From: Perkinsus chesapeaki ATCC PRA-425
Taxonomy: Eukaryota > Protista > Perkinsozoa
Reading direction: 5' to 3'
Assembly (NCBI GenBank): GCA_013115145.1
Contig: JAAPAO010000046.1
Coordinates: 40,679-104,678 of the forward strand
Length of the DNA stretch: 64,000 nucleotides
Below are positions 57,321 through 64,000 of the stretch, one piece after another. How positions within the stretch are numbered: position 1 is the first letter of the stretch; each line of letters opens with the position of its first letter. Position numbers and translations under genes: made by a program. The notes beneath the pieces are model-generated. The model was given only the letters and a program-made list of their open reading frames with translations, had not been told where the DNA came from and did not search any database.

Positions 57321-60293
57321 ATGCCAATTCCTTCGGACACCACTCCTACAGCAGCTCCACCGGGGAAGCAGCGAAAGACTTTGCTTGATTTTCCGGGGTT
57401 GAAAGTGGATCCATTGCCACCGAAGTTCGACTTCAGCAGAGATCCTACAGTGGGTGAAGAGAGTAGACCAACTTTACCTAGCTGGTTGTTTCGAGGTTCC
57501 ACATGCTCCTAGGAGACCACATTCGTTGTCTGTAATGGAGTGCAGGCGAGCTGTCAAGAACGCTCTTCGTTATTTTCCCGTTCACTGCCATGGAGAGCTC
57601 GCCCCGGAGTTTGCCCGCGAGCTGGATGAATATGGGCATATTTATATGTGAGGATTAGTCGTAATAGTTACGCTCATTCAACAACCATCATTCCTTTCTT
57701 TGATTCCCCCGGTGCCGCTAACTTATTCGGTCAAGGCCTATATTGTGGTATTTCAAAGGTACCGTTTCCGTCCGACTGAGCCTATCTTTGCTCGACCAGT
57801 GGACCAGTATCCGTCCAAGTGAGGTCGAGTACGGCAATGGCGGTATTGTCAGGGCAGGTGCCGGCAGGCCGCTGCGATCATGCTGATGATCCAGAACAAC
57901 CTCGATGCCAATGTGGCTCAGTTCCCTCATGAACTTGTCACTTATGGTGGTAACGGAACAGTCTTCCAAAACTGGGCTCAATACAATCTTACAATGCACT
58001 ACCTCCAGACAATGACCGAAGACCAAACATTGGTTATGTAAGGGGGAATCTGGGCGAGTTTTAGACCTGAAAACTAGACTATTGGGGCTCGTTGGGGCTG
58101 CTCATGTCTGGTGTGTAAGGTACTCTGGCCATCCCATGGGTCTCTTCCCCAGTCACCCCGATGCCCCGCGAGTTATCATAAGTAACGGTATGGTCATACC
58201 CAACTATTCTAGCATTGAGGACTACAACAAGATGTGCTGCTTATCTATCAGCCAACAGCGGTTCATTGCTTAGGCAGGTTCGCGATGGGGGTCACTCAAT
58301 ATGGTCAGATGACTGCAGGCAGCTACTGCTACATTGGCAGTCAGGGAATAGTCCACGGCACGGCCATCACCCTCTTCAATGCAGGACGGTTGTATCTTAA
58401 TGTCGAGAATCTTAAGGGTGAGTATATGCCAACAAGGTTTTAGCCCTATAGGCAGTTCAGGGAAGCTTTTCGTGACGGCTGGCCTCGGAGGGATGAGCGG
58501 GGCACAACCGAAGGCCGCCAAGATTTGCGACGCCGTGTCGATCACGGCAGAGGTCTCAGAGGCCGCTCTGAAGAAGCGGTAAGAGACTGTTGGCGTCGTT
58601 CACCATATTACTTCCGCCGGTCAGTCTAAACCAGGGCTGGCTGGACGATTATCGAAGCGATGCTTCCGAGGTGATAGCGTTGGCGAGAGATGCACTGGAG
58701 GCGAAGAGGTCTATCTCCCTCGGGTACCTTGGTAATGTTGTGGAGCTGTGGGAGGCCTTACTGGACGCCGATCTCACTCCGGACTTGGGATCGGACCAGA
58801 CAAGTCTGCACAATCCCTTCGGTGGCGGATACTATCCTGTGGGTGTCTCTTACGACGAGGTAATAGATATAGCCTTTTTACTTCCTTCAAGAGGGGCGTC
58901 TTTCGATACTGTAGGGAAACGAGATACTGGCCAATGACCCTGCTAAGTTCAAGTCGCTTGTAGAGAAGTCTCTCGTTCGACACGTGGCGGCAGTGAACAA
59001 GCTAGCCGCCAAGGGCATGCGATTCTGGGACTACGGCAACGCTTTCTTACTTCAAGCTGGGAGGGCGGGAGCTGATATCGTCAAGGATTCCGGCGAGTTT
59101 AGGTGAGAAATAGAGTGTGGCTTGGTCCATCTGCAATGCGTCGTTGTTGATGGTAGTAACCCGAACAGTTGTTTGTCTGTACTATTCCGCCGTGATCGGT
59201 GTACTGTTTTCTTGGCAGACTTGAGGATCCCTTCGCTGCCCATCTTGGCCTCAGGCACCTTCTTTTCTCAGGTACCCTTCCTACTTTGAGGACATTATGG
59301 GCGATGTCTTCTCTCTCGGTTTCGGGCCTTACCGTTGGGTTTGCCTATCTAATGATCCAGCTGATCTCGATGCTACCGATGCTATAGCAGCCGAGGAGCT
59401 CGAGCGTCTAATGAAGGGTGATGTGCCCAATGAGAGCGTCAATCACTACCGTGATAACCTCACATGGATCAGGACCGCTAGGGCTAATAAACTCGTCGTT
59501 GGTAGTTAGGGCTTCCCCGGTACCCCGCTGGAGCTGGTGCTCAGGGTCCCAAGCGCGAATCCTGTATGCTGACTGCCAAGGGAGGATGTCTATTGCTGTT
59601 GCTATGAACAAAGCAGTGGCTTCTGGAAGGCTTCAAGGACCAGTTGCAATCAGTAGAGACCACCACGACGTCTCTGGTATTAATTTCGTAAGGCGTTCTC
59701 GCCAGGATTGTCAATGTCGATCAGGCACTGACTCGCCGTATAGGGAGACTGCGAACGTGATTGACGGGAGCCGCTTCACTGCAGACATGGCTGTCCATAC
59801 TTTTGCCGGTAATGCATGCCGAGGGGCGACCTGGGTGTCCCTTCACAACGGTGGTGGTGTGGGCTGGGGAGAGGTACTCTTCTCGATCCATCCCTAATAG
59901 GGCCGAGGATCCTCGTAGGTTATCAACGGGGGGTTCGGGCTTGTACTAGACGGCAGCCCAGAAGCCGAGCGTCGAGCTCGATCTATGCTTGAATGGGATG
60001 TCACCAACGGTATGGCTCGGAGGTAAGTTACTGTTTGTAGGAGTGCCAGGCGAGTGCTATGTGGTAGGTGCTGGAGCGAGAATGCCAATGCCAGAGTAGG
60101 AGTGAGGGAGGCAATGAAGGTTAATAGCAAGCTGAATGTTACGTGAGTGTTTTGTAGCGTAATTGTTGCTTGTAGGGAGAGTGAAGAATGATACTCTGGC
60201 CCAGCTTTTGCACTAACAATGAGTTTTCTCAGGATGCCCTCCTTCGCGTCTGAGGATATATTGGAATCTCTTCAGTTCAAGTCTGCTAAGTGA
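57321..60293 (+). CDS. UROC1: Urocanate hydratase (urocanase), long UROC1-type, multi-exon
   Basis: [103 protein letters not shown]. Confidence 0.96.
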
Positions 60294-60409
60294 TGTTTTT
60301 CCTTGCGATGTTTCACCCATGAGTTTTTATACAGTATCTCCTCTGTCCCTGCTGGCTGTAGTTGTGATGGCTATTTCACGGTAAGTAGCCGAGATGTCAG
60401 CTTTTGGTA

Positions 60410-62793
60410 ATGGCTTCTAATGTCCCAAAGGTCTTAGCGAGGGCCTCGACGACGAGGTCCAAGGCAGCGTTGGCAGCTAACAAGCGTCTTATGCTTCGGG
60501 GGGCACCGCCGGTCGGAGCGATCTATAAAATGGCCCCAGTTGAGCTGCGGAAAAGCATGCAGAAAGTTGCTCGAGAACATATATGGAAAAAGGAACTTTG
60601 GGAAGCCTACATGTTCCGGGCCGCGGCGCTCCGTAATGAGCTGCTGGTTACGGACCTCTGTCTTATACTGGACGCCACTGCCTTGGGAAAGAAGCGCGCT
60701 CCCGCGTTAGCGAGGTTCCTCTTAGACGAGGTGGTTCGAAAAGGCAACAACGTAAACTATAAGATGTCATTTCGAGATGTGGTGATGGCGCTGAATGCTG
60801 GTGCTAAGATGCGGCTTGGCGGGGACAAGCGATGGGTAGATGAGCTTATCACAATGGGCCTTCGCCGAATATCTGGTACGCATCGTCATGTTACCTCTAT
60901 CAACGACATCGCTCTCTTCTTGCACTCGCTTACTCGACTTGGCGTCAGCCCAGATCAGATGGAGGGTGTCCGTAACAGCGCTGCCGGTGAGATCACGGCA
61001 AGGATCCCTAAGATAACAGATGGCCACACCCTATCGCTGCTGCTACATGGTTTCAGCCCGTTGGGATCTGCTGGCTTGGACGAGATGGCTGGGGACGACC
61101 TGCATCAGGTAGAGGAGGAGGAGTCTGACGAGGACGAGCCGTTTGAAGAAAATAACGGAGATGAGCAGTTGGCTGTGGATAAACATACTGAGATAACACA
61201 CCGGCCAGTTCTGAGGATGCTCTTCAAGCAGGTGGTAGAGCACATTAACGATGAGAGAGCATTCAACAACATGGACGTGGCTCATGTTATTCTTGCTATA
61301 GTGAACATCTATAGACGCGCCCCTAGAGAGCTTGAGGCCAACGGGTTAGTGCCCCCTAGTTTGATACCTGCCTTGAACGGTCGGCTGGCTGAGCTGACGG
61401 CCAAGATGAAGCCTTGCGATATAGTAAGGTTCATGAAGTATACCGCGAAGCTGCCAGTGTTTGAGACTGAGAAACTGATGCCGGAAATTTTGTACCGAGT
61501 CAGGCATTTCACGCCGGCCTCTTGTCTGGAAATCCTGAGACTAATCCGCCAGAATCCGGACTTCGACGAACATGGCAAAGTTGAGTCCACAATATTCTAT
61601 CGCCTTATCCGCGGTGACTCTGCGCGTTTTCTTACCTTCGAGCAAGTCTGCCATTTGGCCGGTGTTATCCTGGAGGACTCTCCCACTTGGGAGGCACGGG
61701 AATGCTTGTTGACATGCCTGTTGAAGTTCAAGGCTAAGAACGAAGGAGTGCCACCGCCTGAAGTGGTTATCCATGCAATCAGTGTTTACTCTCGTTTGGG
61801 AATTAGAGACACACATTGGATTCATGTATGTAACAATACGTTGTATCCCCTTCCCGAGCTTCCGCCGCCTATCCTTTCGATGCTTGCCGCCGCACTTGCC
61901 CGGCTTTCCCTTCCGACACTGGTGGACTCCCTTGGCGTTTACGTTGCTGCCCAGAATGCTGATTGGGGCGCGGTGGACCCAACTGCAGCGGCGTCCCTTC
62001 TCTATTCGGCCGCGCTTTTCGCGTTCCAGCCACCAGGGCGCCAGCCGGAGACTATGACACCAGAAGTGTTGCAATCTGCCTTAACTCGGGTTCGGAAAGT
62101 AGCCAAGAGGGATCCTGAGGTGGCATCGGCATTGAGCCTTTTTGCCGTTACTGAGCTAGGCAGGTCTATGGGGGCTTCGGCGCCTTCAGTGGTCATGAAC
62201 AGACCGCGTTGTGCATTTGAGCTGAGCTTGCTTGACCATATACGCCAGAATTGGTCGGGGGTTGAGCTTGTGGGAGATGCTGTCACTGCGGGACCTGTTG
62301 TATCCTTGGCCGCAATCTGCCCAATACAAGTTGCAGCGTTTGCTCAGAGACGAGCAGAGATCTCCAGTGGGGATCACAGTATCGAGGCGGAACTGCCCAA
62401 GGCACCTCCCTTGAGTCCAGAGGATTGGGTGATTTTAGAGGCTCTACCCGACGGCCATAAAACATGGTAGCTGGAGTGTGTTCGCGTTATGGTAATTCTA
62501 GTTTACTTAGGTATCACTACTCGGAAGCTCTCGCATCCGAGGCGATGAGGAAGCGCCGCCACACCGTTAATGCGGCTAAGTATGCTGAGCTCCAAGCGTT
62601 GCGCACCAAAGGTTACCGCGTGCTCTGTGTCGGCGAGTATATGTGGCCGGGGGACACAGAGAAGCGCACTGACGTGATCCTCGACCAATTTGTGCATTTG
62701 GCATGTGGTGGTAGCACCAATAACCAAACTGTTTCTGATGATTCCCCAATAAACAGGGATGGTTCCGAAAATATTCCGATGTCACGTTTCTGA
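60410..62793 (+). CDS. RAP-domain helical-repeat (FASTK/OPR-like) RNA-binding protein, probably organellar
   Basis: Basic presequence, repeats (DLCLILDA, DIALFLHSLTRL, DVAHVILAI); a 44-nt intron 62467-62510 joins the last exon with LRTKGYRVLCVGEYMW (RAP-like). Confidence 0.8.
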
Positions 62794-63229
62794 TATCTCA
62801 GTGCACTTTTGTTTTAGGCAGTACTGTGACGTCGATCTCTGCATTCAACACACGTTCCTTTTTCGTCATCGGGGTTCTCTTAAGAACGAAGTGCAACGCC
62901 GCGGGTAATACAAATCTAATATCCCCATTGTGTACAATATATGATGCGACAAGTTTGCGTGTAGAAAAGACATATCAGTGGCGTGGCCCTGTGAGGAGAC
63001 ACTACACCCTTTTGATTTCATCCCATCCCCAGACAACCCTGGGTGAGGAGACGCCTAACACTGCTAATTGCGGATACGTAGTTTATTCACATCCAATCCC
63101 CCCGTGTTGTAATACCTTACGGGTTACAGTGTTACCGATACACGATAAAAACGGAAGTTTGTTCGTGCAGCAGCGTAACGCTGCAAGCGTTATGTGTAAG
63201 TTACGCTATATGCAGGGCATTTGCGGTAC

Positions 63230-63385
63230 GGCCAGAGGCATGTTGATACTGATTCAGGAATCAAAGATACTTCTTCAACTCGGCCGGAGGCATGTTGATA
63301 CTGATTCAGGAATCAAAGATACTTCTTCAACTCGGCCAGAGGCATGTTGATACTGATTCAGGAATCAAAGATACTTCTTCAACTC
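63230..63385. repeat. 52-bp tandem repeat x3 with internal inverted repeats
   Basis: GGCC(A/G)GAGGCATGTTGATACTGATTCAGGAATCAAAGATACTTCTTCAACTC three times, one mismatch. Confidence 0.97.
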
Positions 63386-63559
63386 ACCCTTCGGTTGCGA
63401 TCTAAGATTCACCACACTCTCTGATTGAGCAGCGTTATTTCAAACTATCTACTCACAAGTTGAGTTCAAGATTCATAAGCATGTTTAGCGATTCACGAGT
63501 CAGATTCCGAAATCACGAGTATGAGTCCTGACTCATGATTTTACTGAACATTCGGTTTT

Positions 63560-63649
63560 GGTTCTATGTGTAGACCACACAGTGTGGTGCTACTGCTAGC
63601 ACTCCTGACTCTGAATCTGGCGATCTGGGTTCAAATACTGGTAGAACCT
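63560..63649 (+). pseudogene. tRNA-Gln(CTG) pseudogene with 18-nt insertion
   Basis: GGTTCTA...TAGAACCT ends and CTCTGAA anticodon loop retained, but mismatched anticodon and T stems, mutated D arm and an insertion at 63568-63585. Confidence 0.85.
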
Positions 63650-63725
63650 TGAACCCACTAGTAGGGTACTGTCACGCGCTTTGTGTAGGCCATCCGCCTG
63701 GTCAACAGCACGAAGTGAGTGGTTT

Positions 63726-63797
63726 GGTTCTACGGTGTAATGGTTAGCACTCCAGACTTTGAATCTGGCAATCCGGGTTTAAATCCCGGTACAACCT
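63726..63797 (+). tRNA. tRNA-Gln(TTG), variant or incipient pseudogene
   Basis: 72-nt cloverleaf with CCAGA-CTTTGAA-TCTGG; T loop TTTAAAT instead of TTCAAAT, C-C mismatch in the acceptor stem, C at position 8. Confidence 0.8.
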
Positions 63798-63878
63798 TGC
63801 ACCGATTAGTAGGGTACTGTCACGCGTTTTGCTATGTGCAGGACACTTACCCAAATAGCAGCACAGTAAACAGGCTTC

Positions 63879-63950
63879 GGTTCTATAGTGTAACGGTTAG
63901 CACTCCAGACTTTGAATCTGGCAATCCGGGTTCAAATCCCGGTAGAACCT
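63879..63950 (+). tRNA. tRNA-Gln(TTG)
   Basis: Intact 72-nt cloverleaf: GGTTCTA/TAGAACC, anticodon TTG, CCGGG-TTCAAAT-CCCGG. Confidence 0.97.
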
Positions 63951-64000
63951 TGTACATATTAGTAGGGTACTGTGACGCGTTTTGCTATCTGCAGGACATC

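Larger units (their letters stand above)
63659..63983 (+). repeat. Conserved 20-nt tRNA trailer motif TAGTAGGGTACTGT(C/G)ACGCG x3, followed by TTTT (Pol III terminator-like) in copies 2 and 3
   Basis: Copies at 63659-63678, 63807-63826 and 63960-63979, each exactly 9 nt after a tRNA-Gln 3' end. Confidence 0.93.

Noticed and set aside
62464-62510. Apparent frameshift or separate ORF at the end of the RAP gene
   Set aside because: Explained by a canonical 44-nt intron (62467-62510).
62826-63350. 174-aa ORF from a GTG start
   Set aside because: No motif, runs into the non-triplet 52-bp repeat; probably non-coding.
63230-64000. CRISPR-like interpretation of the 52-bp repeats or the tRNA spacer motif
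   Set aside because: The 52-bp units have no spacers, the other motif is interleaved with tRNAs, no cas genes are present and the context is eukaryotic.

Overview
Gene-dense (~50% GC) eukaryotic protist DNA with many short GT-AG introns (several resolved ones are 44-46 nt). The supplied ORF track therefore fragments or misses most genes. Intron style, RAP/OPR-type proteins and gene content suggest a perkinsid alveolate (Perkinsus-like); this is inference. About 30 protein genes lie in six alternating unidirectional blocks. They include VPS8 (partial), a GT32-like and a GT47 glycosyltransferase, a DOT1-type methyltransferase, SDE2, a degenerate kinesin-9-like motor, two tandem secreted paralogs, a membrane RING protein, a Get3/ArsA ATPase spliced to an SH3-like domain, a Sec-containing selenophosphate synthetase with a SECIS, two MFS transporters, a secreted transglutaminase-like protein, two tetraspanin-like paralogs, PTC7, RBM25, a SEN2-like endonuclease, PKA-R, and adjacent histidine ammonia-lyase plus urocanase. 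There is one tRNA-Arg and the start of a tRNA-Gln tandem array with a conserved 3' trailer motif. A decayed tandem segmental duplication lies at ~37.6-38.7 kb. No CRISPR array, rRNA or recognisable transposon ORF was seen. Coordinates of multi-exon genes were reconstructed by hand and are approximate.
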